Assembly: GCA_031549705.1 (NCBI GenBank)
Contig: JAVBPI010000043.1
Location: forward strand, 30,770-94,769
DNA from: Thermoguttaceae bacterium
Lineage (GTDB): Bacteria; Planctomycetota; Planctomycetia; Pirellulales; Thermoguttaceae
Direction: 5' to 3'
Length of the DNA: 64,000 nt
Of the stretch, positions 47,301 to 55,888 are shown in pieces. Under the pieces are notes generated by a model, which was not told where the DNA came from, ran no database searches, and saw nothing but the letters and a program-made list of their open reading frames with translations. The position numbers were made by a program, and so were the translations under genes. The stretch's first letter is position 1; each line of letters starts with the position of its first letter.

Positions 47301-47814
47301 CGAAGAGCTGAAAACAACGAAGCCGGACAAATTCCGTAACGAGGACATCAATCTCCAGGCGACGTTCCTCATGGAACGCGCCAAACTCGAAAAGAACGAA
47401 GTCGCCGCCCGGCAGCACTTCGAAAAGGCGCTGGAACCGCTCGGCGTGCTGGTGAAAAAATCACCCGAAAACATCATGTACCAGGACCGGCTCAACGAAG
47501 CGAAGGCGCACGTTTTCGAATTTCTCGTACGGGAAAACCGTTTCGACGACGCCATGGAATTGTTCAAGGAACGGGAAGAGGAACTCCTCGAAACGGGAAC
47601 GGTTTATCCCGACGTGATCAAGTATCTCGCCGAGTGGTATTTGACCGTCGCCGAACTTCATGTCAAGCAAAACCGCAAGGCGGAAGCGATCGAGGCCTTG
47701 AAAAACGCCGTCGATCCGCTCGAAGTGCTCGGCGACAAACGAACCGTTGACGAAGACGAGCTGTTGCAAAAAATCCGCGACCGCCTCGCCGAACTTGAAA
47801 AAGACAACCCCTGA
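44332..47814 (+). CDS. Serine/threonine protein kinase with TM segment and long TPR-like C-terminal domain
   Basis: Motifs present are HRDLKPDNVVI, DWGLA and YWAPE. One TM helix is present (WVAVGLLAVFLGSSILYGFLI), followed by ~450 aa of TPR-like helices. The ATG is at 44332; the listed start at 44320 is TTG. Confidence 0.9.
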   Translation: MSDAITRFILDRIVNDYVRLRKAGIAPEPIAYVNLWPKYSDRLTQDILFTEYRLRAEWGQSVSVEAFLAQNPFLKTDGAFVLRLLEFELENADESPDTDSVCQRFPQINREQLSQAVELAQLRRSWKPKSQTVSSPTSTQLSPQTEGPGADSNQTAAFTPDATVQRQPDSNQTAAFAPDTTVQLSPQTGGSGIQETWSQEKSQTLQWSVHQTNDADQTIAPTGTPTAAVSSSPQPSPLTPTAKGAADVSQKAGTPEPRSRDHLTTTEFSVTDTLTVEKFLGSGRWKDVYKAKQESTRQFVALKHLREKNDAEREGLVREVRTQAKLTHQNIPPVFALETLPSGQAIVVEKLVDGDRWSDTIRTRTLEDNLRILLEIAYALSFAHRQHHIIHRDLKPDNVVINDKYDEVYLIDWGLAIDVGDAKSDSEDMVPHVSTVEGVAGTPLYWAPELAAGEPWKCSPATDVFLLGAMLYEVLTGHAPYEMFDPRKYSVGNVSVSTNPQSRMTEAQTVAEVGPMLRAVRAIIIPPLQWHSERYMPDELVAVAMKAMALEPSDRYADAGNFIDAIKQYQHFAIVTSRCDKNWKQLKALTRERCKTAGKPSSLLALTLRFLETADIFHGVIGELQGRDDAPKRRPDENATEIHPTLLAARKGEIEARKELVGLTLESGDLTLADAQIGLMERNPLHDPATTNLLRHQVRTLQQARKRARMMKWVAVGLLAVFLGSSILYGFLINEQYKQTAKEYRRAEENRARAEENFQKAQSAVNEFFTEFAKEDAVKSAGLMPLRRKLLDSARRYYDDFASQKHDNPDVIAGKVSSLFDMGGIEEGFGNGHDAIDYYLKAIQLGEALVSRHPDNEHYLEILSKCYKDLAVVYEAENFDAGRILDCNEKALTISRKLVADHPDVPEFHRNLARALHNFGVFEFRHGNDPKAIAFFDESLNVREGMLRFPDPPEYHFGKSQTQFLVGMVFAKEGRPDEADKKFDAALQTIEELKTTKPDKFRNEDINLQATFLMERAKLEKNEVAARQHFEKALEPLGVLVKKSPENIMYQDRLNEAKAHVFEFLVRENRFDDAMELFKEREEELLETGTVYPDVIKYLAEWYLTVAELHVKQNRKAEAIEALKNAVDPLEVLGDKRTVDEDELLQKIRDRLAELEKDNP

Positions 47815-47854
47815 CCCTTTTGACGCCGAACGCGGTTCGTCGCCCCCTCTTTTC

Positions 47855-49972
47855 ATGAAACAGCATCGACAGCCGACGGCATGGGTGGACGCCGCCGTCG
47901 GACTTCTCGTTACGGCAACGATTTTCGGAAACGGCGATCTCAACGAACGGTCCGGCGCGTTCCATCTGCTCGCCGTTTTTTGGATCCTCGCCGCCGCCGT
48001 CCGGGTGATCGTTCCGCTGCTCGGCAAACAGGACGCCGGCCTGAGATTTTTTCGTTGCGATATTCCAGCCTATCTTTTCTTCGTTTGGGTTGCCGTGTCG
48101 ATCACCTGGAATTTGCTCCCCGGCAACGGCGGCGCACCGAGACCGGGTTTGAACATGCTCTCCGTTTGGCTCGCCCTGGGAGCGGCGTGGTTTCTCTTCC
48201 GACAAACACTCGAACGTCCGGAAACACGCAACGCGGCGCTGCGATTGATCCTTGCCGTCGTTCTCGCCGAAGCCGCGACGGGACTCCACCAACAGTTCGT
48301 CGAGTTCCCGCAAATTCTGCACGATTTCCGGACGAACCCCGTCGCAACCGTTGCCGCGGCCGATCCGTCGCTGGAACAGGGAACGCCGGATTGGGACCGT
48401 TTCGTCAAACGACTGGAAACGATGACGCCAATGGGAACCTATCCACTGTCGAATTCGCTCGGCGGTCTCCTTGCCGTCGGGTTCGTGTTGATGCTCGGCG
48501 TCTATTTTTCAAAACCGTCCGTAAATTCCTCGAAGCCCGTCCCGTCCTGGCGAAAAATTCTCGGCGGAGCCTTGCTCGCCGTAGTGTTGTTCTGTTTCGT
48601 GCTGACGAAATGCCGTAGCGGATTCGTCGCCGTTGCCGTCGGCCTTGCGCTGTTCGGCTGGTTTTCGTTCCCCCGTTTCAACGCGCGCTGGACGAAACGA
48701 ATACTGATCGGAACCGCCGTCGCCGTCGTGTTTGTCGCCGCCGTATCCGTCGCTGTCCCCGGAAAATCGATGATTTCCGGCGCAAAAAGATCGCTCGGTT
48801 TCCGTCTCGAGTATTGGCAGGCGTCGACGGCGATGATTGCAGACCACCCGCTCTTCGGTTGCGGCAGTGGAAATTTCAAACAGGCGTACACAAAATACAA
48901 GTTGCCGTGGGCAAGCGAAGAGATTGCCGATCCGCACAACTTCGCCGTCGAACTCGCCGCCGTCGCCGGACTTCCGGCGCTCGCTCTTTTCGTAACGGCC
49001 GTCGTTGGGCTGATGTTTCGTCTCGGATTTTCGCGATGCACGGCCAAAACGCAAGCGGCATCCCCGGCGGACGCAAACACGAAACTCTTCTATTGGTCCG
49101 GTCTCGGCGGCGGCGTTCTTGCGTTCGTCGTGTCGCTTTACGCCGAATCGCAAATCGCTTTCGAGCCGATCCTTTTCCTGCTGGTCGCGTTTCCGTTGGT
49201 CGATCTGGCGTTCGGCGACCGTCGTGAAATTCCTCCGTGGGTTCCGGCAATCGGGCTTGTCGTTTTTCTCGTTCACTTATCGGCGGCCGGTGGAATTTCC
49301 GCGACGAATTCGGCGATACTCGTTTGGCTCCTCGCGGCAATCCTCTTGAACGAAACGGCCCCGACCGACGGAACGGAAAACAAGAAGGTGTGCGGCATGT
49401 TTCTGTGCGTTTTTGTCGGGTCGCTTCTCGCCGTCAACCATTTCGGCCTGCAACCGATGCTCCGGTCGTTGCCGTTCCTTCTCGATGCCGACGAAGCCCG
49501 GGACGTTCCCCGCCGCATCGAGTCGTTACGCAAAGCGGCGGCCGTCGATCCATGGTCGGCGACGATCCAGGAGCGACTTTCGACCGAAGCGTTTCGCGGT
49601 TGGTTTGCACATCCGAACGATAAAGCATGGAAAGCGACGACGTGCGAATCATTGGAGAAATCGCTCGAACTCTCGCCTCGTTCGGCGGGACTGCGGTTCA
49701 TGTATGCGGAGCGGCTCTTCGCCATGTACGAAAAAACCGGCGACGTCGCTGTGCGGGACCGGGCTTTGGAACTTTACCGTGAAGCGATCGACCGGTATCC
49801 GAACCATGCGAAGATTCGGGGACCGTACGCCGTCGCACTCTGGAAATCCGGACAAAAAGAGGAATCGCTCCGCCAACGGGACGAAGCATTGCGGCTCGAC
49901 GACATCATGCCGCATGACGACCAGAAACTTGCCGACGAGTTACGAAAACGGCTGGTCGAGTTTTATTATTGA
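47855..49972 (+). CDS. O-antigen ligase (Wzy_C)-family polytopic membrane protein with C-terminal TPR domain
   Basis: It has at least 10 TM helices, the ligase-type loop ..PHNFAVELAAVAGLPAL.., and a TPR tail. The ATG is at 47855. Confidence 0.8.
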   Translation: MKQHRQPTAWVDAAVGLLVTATIFGNGDLNERSGAFHLLAVFWILAAAVRVIVPLLGKQDAGLRFFRCDIPAYLFFVWVAVSITWNLLPGNGGAPRPGLNMLSVWLALGAAWFLFRQTLERPETRNAALRLILAVVLAEAATGLHQQFVEFPQILHDFRTNPVATVAAADPSLEQGTPDWDRFVKRLETMTPMGTYPLSNSLGGLLAVGFVLMLGVYFSKPSVNSSKPVPSWRKILGGALLAVVLFCFVLTKCRSGFVAVAVGLALFGWFSFPRFNARWTKRILIGTAVAVVFVAAVSVAVPGKSMISGAKRSLGFRLEYWQASTAMIADHPLFGCGSGNFKQAYTKYKLPWASEEIADPHNFAVELAAVAGLPALALFVTAVVGLMFRLGFSRCTAKTQAASPADANTKLFYWSGLGGGVLAFVVSLYAESQIAFEPILFLLVAFPLVDLAFGDRREIPPWVPAIGLVVFLVHLSAAGGISATNSAILVWLLAAILLNETAPTDGTENKKVCGMFLCVFVGSLLAVNHFGLQPMLRSLPFLLDADEARDVPRRIESLRKAAAVDPWSATIQERLSTEAFRGWFAHPNDKAWKATTCESLEKSLELSPRSAGLRFMYAERLFAMYEKTGDVAVRDRALELYREAIDRYPNHAKIRGPYAVALWKSGQKEESLRQRDEALRLDDIMPHDDQKLADELRKRLVEFYY

Positions 49973-50090
49973 GCAGGTGATAAAATTTGATCCGTTGTTT
50001 AACGATTGTCGTGTATGGTCCGTCGCGTTTTGAACTCCGCTACGCTCCGTACCAAACACGACTCCGCTCATTTTTTATTGCCACCACATT
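49971..50090. repeat. ~120-nt conserved module (second, inverted copy of 11395-11513)
   Basis: The sequence gagcaggtgataaaatttgatccg...cattttttattgccaccacatt aligns with the reverse complement of 11395-11513 with scattered substitutions. It starts at the stop codon of the upstream gene. Confidence 0.8.
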
Positions 50091-50144
50091 TGACCGGGGA
50101 CCACGACAGAGTACCGTCTTCGTCCCCGGCTCTTTGGTGAACGG

Positions 50145-50243
50145 TTATTTCATCCGCCGTCGCAGAAAACCGATTCCGGCGAGTCCGAGTCCGCCGATCA
50201 ACATCGACGCCGGTTCCGAAACGATAAACGGATGAAATGTCAC
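50145..50243 (-). other. PEP-CTERM sorting-signal coding segment, out of frame (-1) with the giant Fn3 gene
   Basis: It translates to VTFHPFIVSEPASMLIGGLGLAGIGFLRRRMK-stop, i.e. a PEP-like motif (SEP), a hydrophobic helix and an Arg cluster. It has no credible start codon of its own and overlaps the TGA at 50240-50242. Confidence 0.75.
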
Positions 50244-53200
50244 ACGAACTTCGGCATCGTCAACCGGGTCGCACTGGAAAGCGATGTCCCGAGCCCGTCG
50301 CCGAACACGGCGCCGATCTGGAACGACACCGACGTCGGCTTCGCGCCGTCCGCGTAGCCGAGCTTCGTGAGCAACTCCGTGAACAGCAACGTCGCCGTTT
50401 TCGTGCCGGAAGCAAGCGACGCCTGGTCGAGCGTCGACAATTCGATGAACGTTCCCGCTTTCCCCGTCGTCGAGGCGAATATTTTGTACGTTATGGCGAC
50501 GTCGCCGACGGTCGTCAGTTTGGGCGGCTTCCATGAAACCATGCACGAAAATTTATTGCCCGTCGTCAACGTGAAGCCGGCCTTGCCCGACGAAACCGTC
50601 GGAAGCTTTGCCGTGGTGAACGTCGCAATGCGGGACATCGCCGACGATTCCGTCTCCCCTTCGCCGTACACCGATTTCACGACGTAGGTATAAACGGTCC
50701 CCGCTTTCAGGTCCGTCAGCACCGCCGAGAGGGTCGTTCCGGATATTTCGATGGTCTTCACGCCGGCTCCGTCCTCCGGCCAGGTCGTCGTCTTTCCTTC
50801 CTTGTACTCGATGGTGTACTTTTTGTCCGCGGCGGAGACCGTTTTGTCGGAATCCGTAAACTTGATTTCCGCCGTCGAAATCGTGATGTTTTTCGCCGAA
50901 AGAGCGCTCGGCGCCACCGGCGACGGCGGCGTGGCGGTGACTTCCACGGCCGTCGATTCGCCGTAAGTCGTGCTCGACGTCGACGGACTGATCGCGATCA
51001 CCCGGAATTTGCAGGCGGTTTTCGCGGTCAGTTTGACGGTCGTTTGGTCGGCGGAATCGCCGTATTTAAACGATGAAGTGATCGTGTACGTTTTTTCGGT
51101 CACGGTGGCGACTTCGTACCACAATTTCGTCGTCGTGTCGTAGTATTCGATACGGAATTGTGTCGGATCCGCGATGTCCGTCACCGTCTTGATCGCCCAC
51201 GTCAGCGTGATCGACGTCGGCGTCGTCGCCGCTTTCAACGTCGTAACGGCATTGGGACGGGAAACGTCGAGCGTGGTGAAATTCTTTGCAAGGGTGGCGG
51301 CGGCCGAGTTTCCTTCGCTGCCGGTCGCGTAGATTTTGATCGAATACGTCGTCTTCGCGTTCAGGTCGGTTAGTACATATTCCGTCAGGCCGGTCCCGTT
51401 GACGGGTGGACGGACGATCTTTTCCGTGGCGCCGGTCGAGGTGTTCGTCACTTCGATCACATAACCGTCCTCGAACTCGCTGTTATCCGTCCATGAGATC
51501 TTCGCGCTGTTGAGCTTGATGTCGCTCACGGCGATGTTGCTAGGGGCATCCGGCACGCTGACCGGTGTCTTCACATACCGTGTCTCGGTTTGCTTGTCGC
51601 CGCTGAAGTAGACCAATTGAAATTCGTAATCGACTCCCGGTTTCAACGGGGTTGCCGTATAGGAAGTCGTTCCGATGGCAAGCGAAACTTCCGTCCAGTT
51701 GCCCGTTCCCGCTTCCTGATAACGAAAAAGGTACGTCGTTCCGGAGTCGGTCGGCAGATCCCAATTAAACGTGACGCTTTTCGCCGTGATCGAACCGTCG
51801 GCGATGTGGAATCCCCGGAGCGTCGAGACTGTCTTTTCGTCGGAATAAACGTACTCGCCGCTCTTGACGCCGTACTGAACGCGGAACGTATATTCCGTTT
51901 CGGATTTGAGCGATCCGGCGTCCGGGCCGGCGGCGAGCGTCGTGATGTCGACGTAACGGGAAGCGGTCGTCGAAACGGTCGTCGCGGCGTACCACTTGCC
52001 GTCATCGGCCTTGTACTGGATGACGTAGTTGCCGACGGTCGCAACCGTCCAAGCGACGCGCACTTTACCGTACTGCGTCGATGTCGCGGTAATCGTCGGT
52101 TGACCGGTCGTCACGGTCTTGACGGTCGAATACGCCGTGGCGTTGGCGGCCGTTGCATACTTGACACGAAATTCGTAAGTCTTGTTCGGATCGAGCTTCG
52201 ACGAGACCGTGTAGGACTTCGCGGAGGTTCCGAGCGCCGCGCTGGTGCTCCAAGCGTCGGTGGAACCGGCGAGTCGCCATTCGACGTAATACTGAGCCGA
52301 GGTCGCCTTGTCGGCAAAGCTCGACGGGTCCCATGAAATCGTCACGGAGCTTGAGGTTACGTCCGACGGATTCAGGTCGTCGGAAATCGTTACGGTTTTA
52401 ACGTGCGAGTCTTGTGAAACGGTGCTTCCGGAGGCGTTCGACACATACACGACTTTAAGTTCATATTCCGTTTCGGGAACGAGGTCGGACAGTTCGAACG
52501 TCACGGTGCCGTCGGCTGCCGCGCCGACCACATACGGCAAGCTCGTCGTCCATTCGGCGTCGGATTTCGGACGGTAATAGAGCTTGAAGTCCGATTCGAT
52601 GCCGGTGAGATACCGCATCGTGACGGTCGCCGACGCCTTGTCGGTTCCCATGGTGACGTCGCTGATGATCTGTTTCGAGATCACGGACATTTCGTAAGTC
52701 GTCGTTTCCGCTTCGAGGATCGGCGTTGTCTTCGAATTGCCCGTCGAGTTATCCGTGTAGGTGACTTGGAATTCGTACTCGGTATTGGCGGCCAGTCCGG
52801 TGACGGTTGTCGACGTCGAGGTCGTTCCGCTGAGAACCGTCGACCATGTCGTGGTTCCCTTGACACGTTTTTCGAGGGTGTATGTCGTTCCCGACTTGGC
52901 GGGCGGATTCCACGAGATCGTCAACGAGTTGACGTTCGCGCTTTCCAGTTTCACGTCGTTGAGCGTTTGAACCTTGACGACTTCCGAGAATTTCGTAACG
53001 AGCGGCACCGTCCATTCCGTGCCGGCGAGGTTCTCGGCGACACCGGTTTCGTAAGTATAGGCGACACGATAATACTGCGTCGAACCGGTTGCCAAATCAG
53101 GGATCGTGTAATACTTGTTCGCGCGGATCGGTTCGCCGATCGTGACCCAATAACCCGATTCGGTCAGACCGCGAAGTCTGTCCGCTTCGGTCGGTTCGCC

Positions 53201-55483
53201 GGTTCCGACGAATTTCTGGACGACATAATGGCCTTCGCCGTCACCGGCTTCCGTCTTGTTGGTCGCCTTGTCTTTGTAGGTGTCGAACGTCCAGATGAGC
53301 TGAGCGCTGTTCTTGCCGAGCGAGTTGATCGTCACGGCGTACGGCTCGGTTCGAACATCGGTCAGTTCCGCGAGAGGGTTCGAGTAACCGGCACCGGTGA
53401 TGCAAATGCGGATGTCATAATTCGTGTCTCCGATGAGACCGGTAATGGTGTGCGTATTCGCCGAGGACGAGAGATTCGTGGCGACTTCGACCCAGGTTTG
53501 TGCGCCGGTGCGTTCCGATTTCTCGAATTTCCAGATCGTGTAGTTCCGGCCTTCGGTGTCCTGCGTGAAAGCGGTTTTCGCCCAACGCAACTCCATGCTC
53601 GTTGATGTGACGCTCGTCGTGATCATCTTGCCGACCTGCGTGGCGATTTTCGTCGTGGTCGACGTCTGTTGATCGGGGGTTTCTTTCGTGTCGTACAGGA
53701 CGCGGAAATAGTACGTTTTTCCGGGAATCAGGCCGGTCACGATGCAGCCGGTGCTCCAGTCGGATTTCAAGAACGATACCGAAGCATTCGCCCAAGAGGC
53801 TTCACTCGGGGCGCTTTCCCCCTGGTACATCTGGACGGTCGGCGTCTTCGTCGGATCGAAGTCCCATTCGAGCCGCACGGTGTCGAGTTCGGACGAAACC
53901 GCCTTGATGACCGCGTTCGTCACCGCCGTTACATAAATCGTGTGTTGCGTGTTGCCGGAGCCGTCCGTGTATTCGACACGGTAATAGTATTGCTGGTTCG
54001 AACCGATGTTATTGTTCGTAAATTCGCCTCCGGCGACGTTCTTCTTGATCGTCGTCCAGTTCGTGGAAACCGTCGGTTTGAGCGAACCGTCGCAGCGCTG
54101 GACGTTGAAGTTCGTCCCGATGGCGGTGTCCCAGGAAATCGTCGCGGACTTTTCCGTCACGCTTTTGAGCGTCGTTTCGACGCCGGTCGTCGCTTCCGAA
54201 TACGCGGTGTACGCCGTGTACGTCTCGGTTCCCTTGACGGCGGTGTACCGGACCCGGACGTAATACGTCTTGCCGGGATCGAGATCCGTCATCGTGTACG
54301 ATTTCGCCGTCGTGGTGCCGCCGGGCCAGTCCGACCAATTCGTCTTGTCCGAGCTGTACTGGACGTAGTACGAATATCCCGAGGAACCGGAGAACGTCCA
54401 CGAGACCTTGATCGAGGTCGCCGTCACGCTGTCGACCGTGATGCTCGTCGGCGTCGAGAACGCCGTCACATCGCTGTAGGTCGTGACGGGTTTGCCGTTT
54501 TCGTCGTTGACGGTGTATTTGACACGGAAATAGTACGGTGTTTGTCCCTTCAAGCCCGTGACCTTGTATTCCGTGTTGCTGACCTTCTCGGTGGTCGCGG
54601 TCGACCAGATGGACGTACTCGTCGGCGCGCTGGAGCTTTGGAACATCTGGATTTCATGCGAACCCGTGTTGCCCCCCATCGCGGAATTCCATGACACAAG
54701 GACGGTATCCGCCGAGTCGGTCGCTTCCGCGTTCAGGGCGTACAGCGTCTTGCCGACGACTTCCTGCGTCGTCCGGAGAACGTTGTTCGTGTCGTAGTAT
54801 TGAACCTGGAAACGATATTCCTGTCCGGTCGTCAGTCCGGTAACGGTGTACGATTTCGCCAACGTGGAATCCGCCTTGATCGATGTCGACGGATTGACGG
54901 TGACGAATGTCGAACCGTTCCATTGTTGTACCTGAAAATACGTCGAACTGCGTGCCAGGACTTCCCACGAGAGTTTGATCGAAGTCGAAGTCAGTCCTTC
55001 CGCTTTCAACTCGACCGATTTGGTCGTCGCCTCAACCGCCTCGGTCGCGGCACGGCCTTGGGTAAGCGAGCCGAACGAAACGCGGAACGTGTATTGGGTC
55101 GACGCGGTGAGATTCTTAATCTCGTAAGTGTAGACGTCGGCGTTCGCCGGCGTGTAGTAGAGATCGCTGCCGACTTGAGTCCAGACCTGATTGCCGTCCT
55201 TGTCGAGCACCGCGTTGCCGCTGGAATCGACCGAGAGCTTTTCGACCTTGATCGCATCGGTCGACCGCATGTTCGTCAGGTCGGAAATCTTCCATGACAA
55301 CTTGATGCTGCTCGCGGTGGTATCGGCTTCCACGACTTCCGGTTTCGGGATCGGTGTCGCTTCCGTCTGCACCACGCTTGAAGCGGCGTAGGCGAACGAC
55401 AGCGGCGACACGGAGAGCATCTCACGGTTTTCCAAGGATTCGAAACCGAGTGAACGCGCTTTGAATTTTTTGAGAAAAGCCAT
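50240..55483 (-). CDS. Giant fibronectin type III repeat protein (1747 aa)
   Basis: I chose the ATG at 55483 (MAFLKKFKARSLGFESLENREMLS). At least 15 modules of ~90-100 aa are marked by S(I/V)(K/T)(L/V/I)SW and Y-x-F-(R/Q)-V-x-Y, for example YTFRVSF, YRFQVQY, YYFRVKY, YEFRVKY. It ends ..ATRLTMPKFV-stop. Confidence 0.9.
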   Translation of the reverse strand: MAFLKKFKARSLGFESLENREMLSVSPLSFAYAASSVVQTEATPIPKPEVVEADTTASSIKLSWKISDLTNMRSTDAIKVEKLSVDSSGNAVLDKDGNQVWTQVGSDLYYTPANADVYTYEIKNLTASTQYTFRVSFGSLTQGRAATEAVEATTKSVELKAEGLTSTSIKLSWEVLARSSTYFQVQQWNGSTFVTVNPSTSIKADSTLAKSYTVTGLTTGQEYRFQVQYYDTNNVLRTTQEVVGKTLYALNAEATDSADTVLVSWNSAMGGNTGSHEIQMFQSSSAPTSTSIWSTATTEKVSNTEYKVTGLKGQTPYYFRVKYTVNDENGKPVTTYSDVTAFSTPTSITVDSVTATSIKVSWTFSGSSGYSYYVQYSSDKTNWSDWPGGTTTAKSYTMTDLDPGKTYYVRVRYTAVKGTETYTAYTAYSEATTGVETTLKSVTEKSATISWDTAIGTNFNVQRCDGSLKPTVSTNWTTIKKNVAGGEFTNNNIGSNQQYYYRVEYTDGSGNTQHTIYVTAVTNAVIKAVSSELDTVRLEWDFDPTKTPTVQMYQGESAPSEASWANASVSFLKSDWSTGCIVTGLIPGKTYYFRVLYDTKETPDQQTSTTTKIATQVGKMITTSVTSTSMELRWAKTAFTQDTEGRNYTIWKFEKSERTGAQTWVEVATNLSSSANTHTITGLIGDTNYDIRICITGAGYSNPLAELTDVRTEPYAVTINSLGKNSAQLIWTFDTYKDKATNKTEAGDGEGHYVVQKFVGTGEPTEADRLRGLTESGYWVTIGEPIRANKYYTIPDLATGSTQYYRVAYTYETGVAENLAGTEWTVPLVTKFSEVVKVQTLNDVKLESANVNSLTISWNPPAKSGTTYTLEKRVKGTTTWSTVLSGTTSTSTTVTGLAANTEYEFQVTYTDNSTGNSKTTPILEAETTTYEMSVISKQIISDVTMGTDKASATVTMRYLTGIESDFKLYYRPKSDAEWTTSLPYVVGAAADGTVTFELSDLVPETEYELKVVYVSNASGSTVSQDSHVKTVTISDDLNPSDVTSSSVTISWDPSSFADKATSAQYYVEWRLAGSTDAWSTSAALGTSAKSYTVSSKLDPNKTYEFRVKYATAANATAYSTVKTVTTGQPTITATSTQYGKVRVAWTVATVGNYVIQYKADDGKWYAATTVSTTASRYVDITTLAAGPDAGSLKSETEYTFRVQYGVKSGEYVYSDEKTVSTLRGFHIADGSITAKSVTFNWDLPTDSGTTYLFRYQEAGTGNWTEVSLAIGTTSYTATPLKPGVDYEFQLVYFSGDKQTETRYVKTPVSVPDAPSNIAVSDIKLNSAKISWTDNSEFEDGYVIEVTNTSTGATEKIVRPPVNGTGLTEYVLTDLNAKTTYSIKIYATGSEGNSAAATLAKNFTTLDVSRPNAVTTLKAATTPTSITLTWAIKTVTDIADPTQFRIEYYDTTTKLWYEVATVTEKTYTITSSFKYGDSADQTTVKLTAKTACKFRVIAISPSTSSTTYGESTAVEVTATPPSPVAPSALSAKNITISTAEIKFTDSDKTVSAADKKYTIEYKEGKTTTWPEDGAGVKTIEISGTTLSAVLTDLKAGTVYTYVVKSVYGEGETESSAMSRIATFTTAKLPTVSSGKAGFTLTTGNKFSCMVSWKPPKLTTVGDVAITYKIFASTTGKAGTFIELSTLDQASLASGTKTATLLFTELLTKLGYADGAKPTSVSFQIGAVFGDGLGTSLSSATRLTMPKFV

Positions 55484-55492
55484 CGGATTTGT

Positions 55493-55517
55493 CGTGGTTC
55501 GTGGTTGGCGATTCGTG
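55493..55517 (-). repeat. Heptamer-related motif in the 5' leader of the giant Fn3 gene
   Basis: On the coding strand, CACGAATCGCCAACCACGAACCACG ends 9 nt before the ATG at 55483. Confidence 0.7.
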
Positions 55518-55766
55518 ACGTTTGATTCGCGTCGCGGATCACACCGTTGGAAAGGCGGGATTTCAGCGTATGGCGTATTCTGTATAGGATAAACCGTGGA
55601 GGTTGAAAAAACAACCGAAAATTTTCCAATCCGTTTCCGCAATCGATTTCCCCGGTCAACGGAACCGGCAAAGTCGGCGCAATCGTCAACACCGGGCGAA
55701 TTGCGGACGTTCTCCCTTGGTTTTATCGTTATTTATGGTAAAGTAGCTTTAATCGAATATAGACAA

Positions 55767-55877
55767 GGTAGGTTGCCGACCGCCGGGCGGCAACGTCCGG
55801 TACTCCGGACTCGGCGCTTGTGAGTAGCATCTAGTGCGGGATACCGCACGCAGCCGCCCGGCGGTCGGCTGCCTACC
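55767..55877. repeat. REPIN/MITE-like element, repeat family 2
   Basis: It has the arm GGTAGGTTGCCGACCGCCGGGCGG and an inverted arm with 2 mismatches. It ends 11 nt before the surE ATG. Confidence 0.8.
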
Positions 55878-55888
55878 TTTTTGCCTCC

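Noticed and set aside
50235-50250. I considered programmed -1 ribosomal frameshifting to join the Fn3 protein to the PEP-CTERM tail.
   Set aside because: No X-XXY-YYZ slippery heptamer or obvious downstream pseudoknot lies at the junction. An indel (real or sequencing) is the simpler explanation. I kept it as an alternative in the finding.
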